Source: an uncultured delta proteobacterium (GTDB lineage: Bacteria; Desulfobacterota; Binatia; UBA9968). From it: a stretch of 64,000 bases of DNA. Shown one piece after another: positions 20,706-32,176 of this stretch. A model generated the notes under the pieces. The model was not told where the DNA came from and searched no databases. It saw only the letters and a program-made list of their open reading frames with translations. Both the position numbers and the translations under genes were made by a program. The number at the start of each line of letters is the position of its first letter. Positions within the stretch are counted from its first letter, which is position 1. The stretch covers positions 160,001 through 224,000 of the forward strand of contig CAWJZV010000030.1 in NCBI GenBank assembly GCA_963847445.1, given 5' to 3'.

Positions 20706-21368
20706 ATGCCGATTAATCTATTGATCGCCGACGACGAAAGACTGTTTCGTCAGAGCTTGAAAATCCTCCTGGAGAGCGGCACCAACATCAAAGTCGTCGT
20801 CGAAGCCGCCGATGGCCAAGAGGCGGTGCTCGGCGCACGCGAGACCCAACCTCACCTCGCTCTGCTCGATGTCGACATGCCCAAGATGGACGGCATCAAG
20901 GCCGCTAAACTCATCACTACGGTTTCACCCAAGACTAAAGTGCTCATGCTATCGGTGCATCATGAAGACGACAAGATTCGTTCGGCGCTGCGTGCCGGTG
21001 CCATCGGATATATTTTAAAGGACACCGACCGCGATGAATTCATCGATATATTACAAAAAATCCACGCCGGCAAAACATCGTCGTCGCCCTACCTAGCGCA
21101 CTTGGCGCTCGATGGCGACATGTCGGTTAGGCCGCACTACGACAGCAGCCGTCACCCGGGTGATGTCGCTGACAAATTCGCGCTCACCGAGTTGGAGCTC
21201 AAGATACTCAAGTTAGTTACCGAGGGCTTGAGCAATGACGAGATCGGTCAAATCACCCAGCTCGCGCGCGAGACCATCAAAGGCCATCTGAAAGCGCTAT
21301 TTCGCAAACTCGAGGTGAAGAACCGCACGGAAGCGGCGGTCTTAGCCATCCGAGAGGGCTTAAGTTAA
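20706..21368 (+). CDS. NarL/LuxR-family response regulator
   Basis: IADD, LLDVDMPKMDG, GYILK, HTH GLSNDEI...KNRTEA. Confidence 0.92.
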   Translation: MPINLLIADDERLFRQSLKILLESGTNIKVVVEAADGQEAVLGARETQPHLALLDVDMPKMDGIKAAKLITTVSPKTKVLMLSVHHEDDKIRSALRAGAIGYILKDTDRDEFIDILQKIHAGKTSSSPYLAHLALDGDMSVRPHYDSSRHPGDVADKFALTELELKILKLVTEGLSNDEIGQITQLARETIKGHLKALFRKLEVKNRTEAAVLAIREGLS

Positions 21369-21395
21369 CCGGTCCCCGAAGGAGTGAGATAATAG

Positions 21396-21441
21396 TGCCC
21401 CATATGTGGGCATTGACAGATCACGGGTTCTAAGACATAAA
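21396..21441 (+). promoter_or_regulatory. Putative sigma70 promoter with upstream inverted repeat
   Basis: TTGACA 21413-21418, 17 nt, CATAAA; imperfect palindrome tgccc-catatgt-gggca abutting the -35. Confidence 0.4.
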
Positions 21442-21493
21442 ACTGCAACTTCATAGAATAATTTCGAGTCGGAAACGTCCAATTAAGGAGTCA

Positions 21494-22045
21494 ATGTTTA
21501 TGCGCAGCAAAATTGCAATTGGCACTCTCCTGGTCGCTATATCAATCGTTTTCGGCTCCTCTGGAACCGCCCGAGCCATTGGCGTAGGCGACAAAGCCCC
21601 GGATTTCGAACTCGACAGCAGCAAGGGCGGCAAGCTCAAGCTCAGCAGCCTCAAAGGCAAAAATGTCCTGATCAATTTCTATGTGCTCGACTTCAGCCCC
21701 ACTTGAATCAAGGACCTGCAAGCGTCCGGTTCGGACCACTATTCCCTCTTTCAGGCACAAAACACCGAAGTTGTTGGAATTAGCATGAATGCGCCGTTCT
21801 CTCAAAAAGCCTTCGCGGACTTCGCTAAGATCGTCTATCCCCTGCTCAGCGATCGCGATGGCAAAGTCATGCAGGCCTTCGGGGTTTACGACGAACCCAG
21901 ACGTTTGGCCAAACGGTCATACATCATCGTCGATAAGGAAGGCGTGATTAAGTATTACGACATTCGCCCCAGCAACACAGAAAAGGATCTGCTCTCCACC
22001 GAGCAATTGTTGAACGCGGTGAAAAAAGTCAATCAAGGCAGTTAA
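21494..22045 (+). CDS. Selenocysteine-containing peroxiredoxin (AhpC/TSA family) with signal peptide
   Basis: ORFs 21494..21706 and 21785..22045 are in one frame; in-frame TGA 21704-21706 at the peroxidatic Cys position (FYVLDFSPT-U); read-through gives EVVGIS, YPLLSD, AKRSYIIVDKEG. Confidence 0.88.
21707..21736 (+). promoter_or_regulatory. Putative bacterial SECIS element
   Basis: Hairpin gtccg-gtt-cggac 21724-21736, G-starting loop about 22 nt after the UGA. Confidence 0.65.
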
Positions 22046-22085
22046 ACTGATAACGGTGACAAGATTTGAAAGGAGAAAATAAATA

Positions 22086-22535
22086 ATGGTTCGAAAAATT
22101 TTAGTTAGTGCGTTGTTTGGATTTTTGGCGGTGGGTGTTAGCACCCAAGCGTTTGCTCAAGCCGACGTCAATGAGAAGCGGCAGCAACTGATGCAAGGTC
22201 AAAGTGCAGCAGTCAAGGCGATCAAAGGAGCGATTGAAAGCAAGGACTACGTAACCATAGAAACCAAGGCAAAAGATTTGATGGGCTCGTCGGATCGGAT
22301 CGTCGGGTCGTTCCCGAAAGGGAGCACCACGGGAAAGACCAGAGCTACCGAGGCGATTTGGGACAAGTCCGAGGAATTCGCCAAACACGCCAAGGCTTTG
22401 GGTGCTGCAGCAGGTGAATTAGCCGATGCCGCCAAAGCCAAGAATGATGACGCGATCGCCGCGAAAATGAAATCCATCGGCGCGACCTGCGATACTTGCC
22501 ACAAGGTTTTTCGTGCCGCTAAGTACAGCGAATAA
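22086..22535 (+). CDS. Class II cytochrome c (cytochrome c'/c556)
   Basis: Signal peptide, RQQLM, FPKGS, AIWDK.EEF, C-terminal CDTCHKVFR. Confidence 0.88.
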   Translation: MVRKILVSALFGFLAVGVSTQAFAQADVNEKRQQLMQGQSAAVKAIKGAIESKDYVTIETKAKDLMGSSDRIVGSFPKGSTTGKTRATEAIWDKSEEFAKHAKALGAAAGELADAAKAKNDDAIAAKMKSIGATCDTCHKVFRAAKYSE

Positions 22536-22564
22536 CGTTAGCTAGCGTCAACTTGGTGGGTTTC

Positions 22565-22600
22565 GAAAGCCTCTGCCCCGCGGCAGGGGCTTTCTTGTTT
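22565..22600 (+). terminator. Rho-independent terminator
   Basis: gaaagcctctgcc-ccgc-ggcaggggctttc followed by T-rich tract. Confidence 0.7.
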
Positions 22601-22655
22601 CTATCCCCGCCCTCCTGTAGAGTTTACCTCGCAAATTCAATTGAGGTGAAAGCCC

Positions 22656-23680
22656 ATGCCAATTAGACATTTCTTATACGTCGCGCTCGTCCTGCTTCTA
22701 GCGCAGTTATTTCTCGCACCAAAAGCTCCGGCGCAAATGACCCGGCTAAACGTCGGCTACAGCGCCATCAGCGCGCGATCAGTTACCGGCTTGGGTCGCC
22801 AAGGACGCCGGAATCTTTGCCAAGCATGGTTTAGATGTCGCAGCTGATCTTCTTTACCGGCGGTACAACCGCGATACTCGCTCTGGTATCCGGCGATGTG
22901 CCAATCACACAAGTATCGGGGCCGGGTCTGGTGAGCAGCGGTCTCGGCGGTTCCGACGCGGTCTTCGTCGCCGCTGGCATAACCTCGCTAAATTACGTGT
23001 TGATGGGCAAACCCGGGGTAAAATCCATCGAGCAGTTGAAGGGCGGTACGCTCGCAATCAGCCGGTTCGGTTCCGCCACCGATTCAATCGCCCGTTTCGC
23101 CTTGAAAAAGGTCGGACTCACCGTTGGCAAGGATGTCACGCTGATTCAGGTTGGCAGCGGACCGGAGCGCCTGGGCGCTTTACAGACCGGCAGGGTAACC
23201 GCCGCGGTGATCAATCCCCCGTCGAGCTTTCATCGCCGAAAAGCGCGGCATGGCGGTGATCGCCGATGTCGCGCAAATGGGTCTGGTGTTTCAGCACACC
23301 GGCGCGGTGACCACCAAGAAGTTTATTCGCGAACACAACGACGTGGTACGGCGCTACGTCAGAGCCCATGTCGAAGCGGTGCACAAAATGTGGACCGACA
23401 AAGAAGCGACGATCGGGCCCTCGGCAAATATATGGGCAGCGGTCTGGATCGCGAGATTCTCGAAAAGAGCTGGGCGAACGTCATGCACGAATCGCTCTAT
23501 CCTAAAAAACAGTATCCCAGCGTCGAAGGGCTTAAGACCGTCATCGACGACATCGCCGAACGCGATCCGCGGGCGAAGACCGTCAAGCCGGAACAGTTCA
23601 TCGATGCGTCGTTTATCCGCGAGCTCGATCAAAGCGGCTTCATCGATGGTCTGTACAAAAGAAATAGCCCGCGCCCATGA
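22656..23680 (+). CDS. ABC substrate-binding protein, SsuA/NMT1 type (about 3 frameshifts)
   Basis: Pieces: LNVGYSAIS; LKGGTLAISRFGS; KPEQFIDASFIRELDQSGFIDGLY. Confidence 0.82.
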
Positions 23681-23944
23681 ATAAATGCTAAGCAGCCAGC
23701 GCGGCAACGCCGCGACGCGGACTTGCAAGCCTGGGCTCAAGAGGTTAGTCAGCGCGCCGATCCGGCGGTCGAAACCCAAGTCATCTTCGAAGAAGACTCC
23801 AACACCTTCATCCTGCGTCTGGCCAAGGACGCTCGGGTGCTGGTTTTTCGCCTCTCCGCGTCGCAGATCTATACCGACGGCCGAGAATCCGAATGCGAGC
23901 GAACCCTCAATCGTAAAATCAAAGATCTGTGGAATTTGCTTTAA
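23677..23944 (+). CDS. Small hypothetical protein (start uncertain, probable 5' frameshift)
   Basis: ORF 23723..23944 with protein-like sequence; upstream ATG overlaps the previous stop. Confidence 0.45.
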
Positions 23945-23956
23945 AGAGACCTGGCG

Positions 23957-24056
23957 CGTTCAAACCGTTCAAATCGTTCAAGTGGTTCAAATCGTCTCGG
24001 TTCCTTCCGAATCGAACGGTTTGATCGTATTGAACGGCTTGAACTATTTGAACGGC
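23957..24056. repeat. Family A 9-bp-unit palindrome
   Basis: gttcaaacc-gttcaaatc-gttcaagtg-gttcaaatc...ttgaacggc-ttgaactat-ttgaacggc. Confidence 0.8.
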
Positions 24057-25033
24057 TATTTTCCGTGAAGAAACCGCGCTGCGTCTTTGGCGAAGTACGT
24101 CAGAATCATGTCAGCGCCGGCGCGGCGGATCGCGTACAGCACTTCCATCATGATTCTTTCTTCATCGATCCAACCGTTCTGACCGGCCGCCTTGATCATC
24201 GAGTACTCGCCGCTGACATTGTAGGCCGCCACCGGATAGCCGAACTTCTGTTTCACCCGGTAGACCACATCTAAGTAGGCCATCGCCGGTTTGACCATGA
24301 CGATGTCGGCGCCCTCGCGGATATCCTGCTCGACTTCGCGCAGCGCTTCGTCCGAGTTCGCCGGGTCCATCTGATAGGAACGGCGGTCACCGAACTGCGG
24401 CGTTGATTCAGCAGCTTCACGAAACGGCCCATAGAAACCCGAAGCATACTTGGCCGCGTAGGCCATGATCGCCGTCTGCGCAAAGCCATTTTCGTCCAAC
24501 GCTTTGCGGATTGCGCCGACCCGGCCGTCCATCATATCCGACGGCGCGACGATATCGGCGCCGGCGCGGGCATGGGACAACGACTCTCTTGCCAGCAGCT
24601 CCAAAGTGCTGTCGTTGTCGACATCGCCGTTCTTAATCACGCCGCAATGGCCATGATCGGTGTATTCGCAGAGACAAACATCGGTGATGACGAGAAGCTC
24701 GGGCAGCTGGCTTTTAATCTCGCCAATCGCCTGCTGAACGATGCCGTCGTCGTCGTAAGCCTCGCTGCCGACCGCGTCCTTATGCTCGGGCAATCCGAAT
24801 AAGATCACCGCGGGAATGCCCAGCGAATGAGCCTCTTCACATTCGCGCACCGCACGATCCACCGACAGCTGCGCCACCCCCGGCATCGACGAAACCGGTT
24901 GCACTCTGTCCTTGCCGGGGCCAACGAACAAGGGATAGATCAAATTGGCCGGTGCCAACGAAGTTTCACGCACCATCGCCCGCAGTTTGTCGTTGCGCCG
25001 CAACCGGCGCGGCCGATATCTTGGAAAGTCCAT
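24056..25033 (-). CDS. hemB: Porphobilinogen synthase
   Basis: [40 protein letters not shown]. Confidence 0.96.
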   Translation of the reverse strand: MDFPRYRPRRLRRNDKLRAMVRETSLAPANLIYPLFVGPGKDRVQPVSSMPGVAQLSVDRAVRECEEAHSLGIPAVILFGLPEHKDAVGSEAYDDDGIVQQAIGEIKSQLPELLVITDVCLCEYTDHGHCGVIKNGDVDNDSTLELLARESLSHARAGADIVAPSDMMDGRVGAIRKALDENGFAQTAIMAYAAKYASGFYGPFREAAESTPQFGDRRSYQMDPANSDEALREVEQDIREGADIVMVKPAMAYLDVVYRVKQKFGYPVAAYNVSGEYSMIKAAGQNGWIDEERIMMEVLYAIRRAGADMILTYFAKDAARFLHGK

Positions 25034-25047
25034 GGGGTTCTCCCGAG

Positions 25048-25844
25048 TCAATGCTTGATGGCGCTAAAATACTCGATCATTGCTGTCGACCAATCCGTCG
25101 ATGGTGGACTCACGCGCCATGACCGTCACAGCGCCGCCCAACTCTTCAATCGTTTTCGCCGTAATCGGGCCGATGCTGGCGATCGCCGCCCCGCGGACAA
25201 TCGAATCAAGAGAGTTGCCGCCGCACAGCTGCACGAAATTACTCACCGTGCTCGAACTGGTAAACGTCACCATGTCGACGTCGCCACGCTCCAGCCGTTG
25301 GCGAACTTCTCTTGAGTCGAACGCCGGCGCGCTGGTTCGGTAAGCTTCGACAACATCGACCTTGGCACCCCACTGACGCAAGGTTTCAGGCAACAGATCG
25401 CGCGCTTTGGCGGCACAGGGAATCAAGACCCGCTTACCGGTGAGTTCCACGCCGTTCAAAGATTCCACCAGCCCCTCCGCTTGAAAACGGCTTGGCACCA
25501 CGGCGACGGTCAATTCCTGCGGCGGCCAGCCGCCTGGTGGTCTCGGAACCGATCGCCGCCACCTGCACGTCGGCCAAATCCGCCAGCGATTTCTTTGCGA
25601 TCTTCAAGCGCTCAAGAAATGGCTCGATGCTATTGACGCTGGTAAAAATAATCCACTGGTAGGCAGCGATTTGTTGCAGTGCTCTGTCCAATTCAGCAAA
25701 GCTCGCCGGCGCTTGAATCTCGATGGTCGGGAACTCGATCACCTCACCACCCAGCGCTTCGATGCGTTGAGCCAAACCACCGGCTTGTTTGCGCGCGCGA
25801 GTGACGACGATACGTCGCCCGGCGAACGGCTTTTCGCTCGACAT
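25048..25844 (-). CDS. hemD: Uroporphyrinogen-III synthase (frameshifts near 25513 and 25080)
   Basis: [31 protein letters not shown]; between hemC and hemB. Confidence 0.9.
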
Positions 25845-25869
25845 GGCGCCAGCCAAGTTCGTCATGGGA

Positions 25870-26781
25870 TCAACTCGCCGCCAATATCTTATCGGCTCCC
25901 TGCTGCAGCAGCTCCTCCGCCAGCCGCTCTCCAAGCTTCTCGGCCTCGCTGATATCGCCCGTGAGCTCGGCTTTACACAGAGTTGTGCCGTCGGGACTGG
26001 CGACGATGGCGATCATGGTCAAAACCTCGCCTGCCGCTCGGGCTCGCGCACCGATCGGCACATGGCAACCGCCGCTCAAACGGCGCAAGAGCGCGCGTTC
26101 AGCGACGGTCTCCGCCTCGGCCAAGGGATCATGGAGGAAGCCCAATAATTCTCCTAGCGCGCCGTCGGCGCGCGCTTCGATGGCTAAAGCGCCTTGAGCC
26201 ACGGCGCTGACACAGATTTCATCCGGCAAATATTCGCCGATCCGTTCGGCGCGGCCGATTCGTTTTAGCCCGGCAGCGGCCATGATTAGACCATCGGCCT
26301 CGCCGTCATCGAGCTTGCGCAAGCGGGTATCGACGTTGCCGCGCATCGGTGTAAGGACCAGATCGCCGCGATGACGCAACAGTTGCGCTTGGCGCCGCAG
26401 ACTGCCGGTGGCCAAGCGGGCGCCGCGCGGCAGATCGGCAAGTTTAAGCCCTCTCTTGGTCACCAGCACGTCCCGCGCGTCTTCCCGCGCCGGCACGGCG
26501 ACGATGGCTAGACCATCGGGTAACTCGGTGGGCAGATCCTTCATCGAGTGTACCGCCAGGTCAATGGATTGGTTGAACAGTGCATCCTCGATTTCCTTGG
26601 TGAACACGCCCTTGCCGCCCACCGCCGCGATCGGCCGGTCGACAAAGCGATCGCCGCTGGTCTTGATGATCGACAATTTCACCTGAAGATCCGGATAGCG
26701 CGACTCGAGCTGTTGCTTCACCCAGGTGGATTGGGCGAGGGCGAGCGGGCTGCCCCGGCTGCCGATGCGCAGCCGGTTCAT
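25870..26781 (-). CDS. hemC: Hydroxymethylbilane synthase
   Basis: GSRGSPLALAQ, GKGVFTKE, VHSMKD, RGNVDTRL, GGCHVP. Confidence 0.96.
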   Translation of the reverse strand: MNRLRIGSRGSPLALAQSTWVKQQLESRYPDLQVKLSIIKTSGDRFVDRPIAAVGGKGVFTKEIEDALFNQSIDLAVHSMKDLPTELPDGLAIVAVPAREDARDVLVTKRGLKLADLPRGARLATGSLRRQAQLLRHRGDLVLTPMRGNVDTRLRKLDDGEADGLIMAAAGLKRIGRAERIGEYLPDEICVSAVAQGALAIEARADGALGELLGFLHDPLAEAETVAERALLRRLSGGCHVPIGARARAAGEVLTMIAIVASPDGTTLCKAELTGDISEAEKLGERLAEELLQQGADKILAAS

Positions 26782-28061
26782 TTACCCTCCAGATCGAAGA
26801 GCTTCTTGAGGGCGGCGACGTAGAGCGCGGCTTCATCATCATTGTCATCGCGGCTCTTGAGTTGGGCAATCGGCGCGTGAAGCAGTTTGTTGATCATCGC
26901 CGTGGTCATGTCCTCCAACGCCGCGCGCTGTTCAGGCGAAAGATTTTTTAGCCCGCCGCCGAGGGATTTCTCAATCTCGCCGCGGCGAATATCATCGAAC
27001 CGTTGGCGTAAAGCGGTGATCGTCGGCACCTGCTCCAAGGAGCCGATCCAGCGCACAAAGCTCTGCACTTCTTCGCCGACGATGGTTTCCGCTCGCGCCG
27101 CTTCGTTGGAACGCCCCTGGAGATTTTCCTCGGCAACATTTTTCAGATCGTCGATGTTGTACAGATAAACGTTGTCGAGATCGTTGATTTTGCCGTCGAA
27201 GTTGCGCCGGTCGCCGATATCGATGAAGAACATCGCCTTATGCTTGCGCTCGCGCAGCACCTTTTCCACTTGCGCGGCGTCGACCAGAACTTCCGGCGCG
27301 CCAGTGCAGCCGATCACCAGATCGGCCATTTTCAAATACTGGGGAAAATCTTCGAAACGAATCGGGCTGCCATGAATCTTCTCGGCCAGCTCCACCGCCC
27401 GCTCGAACGTGCGGTTGGTGACCATCACGCTGCGCACGCCGTGGCCCTGGAGATGGCGCGCCATTAGATCGCCCATCTTGCCGGCGCCGATCAGCATCAC
27501 GGTCTTGTCGTCGAAGCGATCGAATATCCGTTTCGCCAGATCCACCGCCACCGAGCTCACCGACACCGCGCCGCTGCCGATGCCGGTTTCGCTGCGCACC
27601 CGCTTGGCCACCGAGAACGAACGATGAAATAACCGGTGCAGAATCGTCCCCACCGAGCCGGCTTGCTGGGCGGCGTCATAGTGCTGTTTCAATTGCCCGA
27701 GGATCTGCGGCTCGCCGACCACCATGGAATCGAGACTGGCGGCGACGCGAAACAGATGGCGCACCGCTTCAGCGCCGCGGTACTGATAAGTATGCTCCGA
27801 CCACGCCATGCCGTTACGATGAACCCGTTGCTCGCCGAGAAAGCTATCGATGTCGTTGTACGCTGTGGCACAATCCGAAGCCGCGGCGACCACTTCGACG
27901 CGATTGCAAGTGGACAGGATCACGCCTTCCTCGATGGACGGATAGTTGTGTAGACGCGTCAGAGCCTCGTGCAAGTACTCACTTGCGAACGCCACGCTCT
28001 CGCGCACCTCGATGGGCGCGCTGCGATGGTTCAGACCGACGATGACGATTTCTTTTTGCAC
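26778..28061 (-). CDS. hemA: Glutamyl-tRNA reductase
   Basis: GLNHRSAP, STCNRVE, SLDSMVVGEPQILGQ, GAGKMG. Confidence 0.96.
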   Translation of the reverse strand: MQKEIVIVGLNHRSAPIEVRESVAFASEYLHEALTRLHNYPSIEEGVILSTCNRVEVVAAASDCATAYNDIDSFLGEQRVHRNGMAWSEHTYQYRGAEAVRHLFRVAASLDSMVVGEPQILGQLKQHYDAAQQAGSVGTILHRLFHRSFSVAKRVRSETGIGSGAVSVSSVAVDLAKRIFDRFDDKTVMLIGAGKMGDLMARHLQGHGVRSVMVTNRTFERAVELAEKIHGSPIRFEDFPQYLKMADLVIGCTGAPEVLVDAAQVEKVLRERKHKAMFFIDIGDRRNFDGKINDLDNVYLYNIDDLKNVAEENLQGRSNEAARAETIVGEEVQSFVRWIGSLEQVPTITALRQRFDDIRRGEIEKSLGGGLKNLSPEQRAALEDMTTAMINKLLHAPIAQLKSRDDNDDEAALYVAALKKLFDLEGK

Positions 28062-28149
28062 GGCTTATCTACAATTGGCCACGCTGCTCGCAGCGTGGAA
28101 ATTTATCGTGGAATTTGCCAAGGGGGCGACCATTCCCGGTTGGTTATGA

Positions 28150-28970
28150 TTACTGGAACCGGCCTCCATGCCGGCTGGGGAATACCGTATCGCCCCAGAG
28201 GAAATATCCCAGCACGACACAGAACCCGACCATGGTCAGCAGCGCCGCTTTCTTGCCGCGCAGGCCAGCGGTGATCCGGCCATGCAAGAATCGCGCCGTA
28301 GAATAACCAGGCGATGCCCCGAAGAAATCTGCCGCGGCTCCCAGGACCAATAATCGCCCCAATGAATCCCCGCCCACAGACTACCAGTGAGAATGCCGAG
28401 TGTCATCAAGGGAAAACCCCAGACCAAAAGCATAAGGTTGAGCCGGTCGAGGGACTCCAGCGGCGGGAATCGCTTTAACAGCGCGGTCATTTTCTTGTGC
28501 TTGAGATGGCGCTCCTGCAGCAGGTAGATCAGACTGACGCCGAAAGCCAAGGCAAATACCGCGTTGCCGAGAAACGCCAACGTGACATGCAACGGCAACC
28601 AGAAGGACTCCAGTCCCGGAGGAATCTCCGCGCCCGCCTTGCCGAAGGCCAACGCCGCCAAGCACATCAGAAACGCCAGCGGCGCGACGATGCCGCCCAA
28701 TACCGTGAGCCGGTACTTGAGTTGGATCAGCAGATAAACGCCGACCATTAACCAGCTCTTGAACAAGAGCGCTTCGCCGATCAGCGCCACCGCGGCAAAG
28801 CCTTCGTTGGCAAAGCGCACGAGCAGCGCGGCAGTATGGAAGCCCAAACCGCTCGCCAAGGCCAGCGCCGGCAACTTGGACGCCGTGTCCTTGCGAAAGA
28901 CGAAATAGAAATAGCTCGCAGCGGTGACGAGATAAATCACCGCAGTCAGTTTGATCAAGGTTATTTCCAT
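28150..28970 (-). CDS. ccsA: Cytochrome c biogenesis protein CcsA/CcsB-like (frameshift near 28300)
   Basis: TM-rich; WLPLHV, WWD motif GSLWAGIHWGDYWSWEPR; upstream of hemA. Confidence 0.85.
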
Positions 28971-29087
28971 AAGGCCGGGATCATTATAGGCTAACCTTGT
29001 CTGCCTTCAAGCCAATTGACGGCGGCAATTGCAACGTACGCTATTGAACTCGACTTGCTCTCATTCGTCAGTGCCGTGAAGGCAGGA

Positions 29088-29268
29088 AGGGCGGACCCAT
29101 TGGTCCGCCCCTACGCCAAAAATCTGGATGCCGGCGTGCGCCGGCATGACGGAACTTCTCTGCGCCTGAGAGACTGCGTCGCGATTGTCATTCCGAGGTG
29201 AAACGAGGAATCTCGTCTTGGTAAGTGGCTGACAAGCCGAGATTCTTCGCTAACGCTCAGAATGACAA
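29088..29268. repeat. Composite of REP-like palindromes
   Basis: GTAG-type hairpin (rc gtaggggcggacc-aatg-ggtccgccct), ctggatgccggcgtgcgccggcatgac, and gtcattccgag...gaatctc / gagattc...gaatgac. Confidence 0.75.
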
Positions 29269-29309
29269 AAAGGACATGAACGTAGTAGCAATTGCAGCCG
29301 CTGCGCGAC

Positions 29310-30561
29310 TCACCGAACCGCCAGGTTGGCGGCTTGCCGAGCCGTCAGATCTTTAACGACTCGCTCCTTCGTTCGTACGCTTACCCGGTCTTTGGCAACG
29401 GACGTAACCGCGGCGCCAACGGTCTTGGCGGAACCGGCATGAGAAACCGGCTTGCCTGCGAATTGCCCCGATACTGGCTGCGCTGCCGCCTTTCGCACAC
29501 CACCGCCGGCCAGAGCTTTCACCGGGATCGCAGCGGCACGAGCTTGGGCCGCCGAAAACGGTTGGACCTTCTGCGCCGGCAGATTCACCCGGTAACCGGC
29601 GGGAATTACTTTCGTGCCCGCTTCCAGCGCCGGGTTCCATTGGAAAAAGTCGCCCTGGGAAATCGCCGCGGGCCTGAGGACGGCGGCCAGCGCGGTTGTT
29701 TTCTTGACTTCGACCTCGCGCAGGAGCACCGGCTGATGCAGCCGCAAGAATGGAAAGTGTTTCTCCGGCTGGCTGGCGATCTCGACCACGGCAAGAAACT
29801 CGGCGTAAAAATTCTTCGACGCGAAGCCAAAGGTCGGCGATCGATAGCGGCGAATCAGTTCGACCAAATCGCGCGAGCCGACGCTCTCGATGCCGCGAAA
29901 GATCCCTTCGGTGCCGTGATTATAGGCGGTGATCGCCAACGGCCAACTGCCGAGGATGCGATAGTTCTCTTTCAACAACCGCGCCGCCGCTCGGGTCGAC
30001 GCCATCGGATCGCGCCGCTCGTCCACCAGGTCGTCGATGCGCATGAATTTCTTGCCGGTCTCGGGGATGAACTGCCACATGCCGACAGCGCCGGCGCCGG
30101 AACGGGCGCGAACGTTGAACGAAGACTCCACCAGCGGCAAGTACGCCAGCTCGGCCGGCAGCCCCTCAGCGCGAAAGATTTTCTGCATCTGCGCGATATA
30201 GCGGCCGGAGATCCTCAGCCCTTCGCTGAAATGTTCCTTGGCGCCGCGTTGGCTTCGCACCCGGCTCTCGTCGTCGACGAGATCGTATTCCGCGGCGATG
30301 CGCGCGCGTTCGTTGCCAACCAAGGCGCGGCCCTGCTCGGTCTCACCGACACGCAAAACCCGGTAAATCGTTGCCGGATCGATTGGATCGAACAGCAGGA
30401 CTTCGCCATTGCCATGGCGGGTGAAAACTTGCTTCCAGAAATCCACCGCGCCCTGCAGCCCAGCCGGCACCGGGAAGGGACCTTGCTGAGCGCCAAGCGC
30501 AAAAGGGCGAGAAAGCATCAAGCAGCGAAATGACCAGTAAAGAGATTACGTGACGAGACAT
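29310..30561 (-). CDS. Lytic transglycosylase, SLT/MltD-like (5' frameshift)
   Basis: LPLVESSF, GAVGMWQF, DERRDP, AITAYNHG. Confidence 0.88.
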
Positions 30562-30633
30562 GGTTGCGCGCGGAAAATTGATTGATACTAGCAAACAGGT
30601 TAGAGTCAGTCAAAATTTCTTTCGAGATTTGGC

Positions 30634-32164
30634 TTGCCGCGTTACTTTCATCGCTCCTGCTGGCTGCTCCTGCTGATTTGCCTCGCCGCTGGTTGTCGCT
30701 CGTCCGGTCAGCGAGCGGCCGTCCAACTATCTGGTCCTCGGCATCGAAGCCAATCCGGCGCAGCTCGATCCGCGTTACGCCACCGACGCCAACGCCGTGC
30801 GCATCGGCAATCTGATCTACAATTCGCTGCTGCGCGCCGACGAGAAGATGCAGTTGCAAGCCGAGCTGGCCGAGAGCTGGCGCAGGCTCGATGAGCGCAC
30901 TTTTCAATTCGATCTGCGCGACAACGTCAAGTTTCACGACGGCCGGCCGCTCACCGCCGCCGATGTCAAATTTACTTTTGAGTCGATCCTCGATCCCGCC
31001 AACCGTTCGCCCAAGCGGGCGTTGCTCAAACAACTCCGAGCCATCGAACTAGCCGGCAGCCATCGGCTGCGCTTTCATCTAGAACGAACCCCATGCGCCC
31101 TTCGTCGAACACTTCACGCTCGGCATCGTGCCCCAGGGATCGCCTGCGGACCATCGCCCACCGCCCGGCTCCGGGCCGTTCATCCTAGAGCAATACGAGT
31201 CCGGCGAGAAAGTTGCTCTTGAAAGCGAACCCACACTACTGGGAAAACAAACCGGCGCTGGACGGCTTGGTATTCAAAATCGTCCCCGACGCCATGGTGC
31301 GAGCCTTGGAGTTTAAGCAAGGCGCCATCGATTTCATGCAAAACGATCTCGAGCCCGACATGCTGCCCTGGCTGAAGAACCAGACCAATGCCGAGGTCAC
31401 CGCCCATCAAGGCACGACTTTTCAATACATCGGCATCAACCTCACCCATCCGATCCTGCAAACAGCTCAAAGTCCGCCAAGCGCTCGCCCACGCCATCGA
31501 CCGCGCGCGCATCATTCGCCATTTGCTCAAAGACGCCGCGGTCGCCGCCAACGGCTTGATATCGCCGCTCAACCAAGCCTACGACAATAGCGTGATGGAA
31601 TGGCCCTACGATCCAGCCAAAGCCAAGCAGCTGCTCGACGACGCCGGCTTCAAAGACCCCGACGGCGACGGTCCAAGAGCGCGCTTTCGGCTTTCCTACA
31701 AGACGACCAATATCGATCTGCGCCGGCGCATCGCCGAAGCGTTAAAGGAGCAACTGCTGCAAGTCGGCATCGAGCTGGAGATCCGCAGCTACGAGTGGGG
31801 CACGTTTTTCAGCGACGTGAAAAAAGGCAACTTCCATCTTTACTCGCTCGCCTGGGTCGGCATCCGCGACCCGGATGTTCAGCATCAAATCTTTCATTCG
31901 GCCAGCGTGCCGCCCAACGGCGACAACCGCGGCCGTTACGCCAACCCGCAAGTCGATCGCTTGCTCGATCGCGGCCGCGTCGCCATGGAGCCGGCGGAAC
32001 GCAAGCGCATCTATGGTGCAGCGCAACGGCTGATCGCCGATGATCTGCCCTATGTGCCGCTGTGGTGGCAGAAAAATGTCATCGCCAAGAAGACCAACGT
32101 CCAAGGCTTTGTTCCCTATCCCGACGGCGATCTCATATCGCTGAAACAAGTCTCACTGCGCTGA
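30634..32164 (+). CDS. ABC peptide/nickel substrate-binding protein, family 5 (several frameshifts)
   Basis: LDPRYA, LAESW, VKFHDGRPLTAADVKFT, GSGPF, VRQALAHAIDR, YDPAKAKQLL. Confidence 0.85.
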
Positions 32165-32176
32165 GCTCCGACGCCC

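Noticed and set aside
29292-30533. Long antisense ORFs (also 34718..35698, 45736..46725, 51432..52691)
   Set aside because: Shadow frames opposite well-supported genes in GC-rich DNA, with no motifs.
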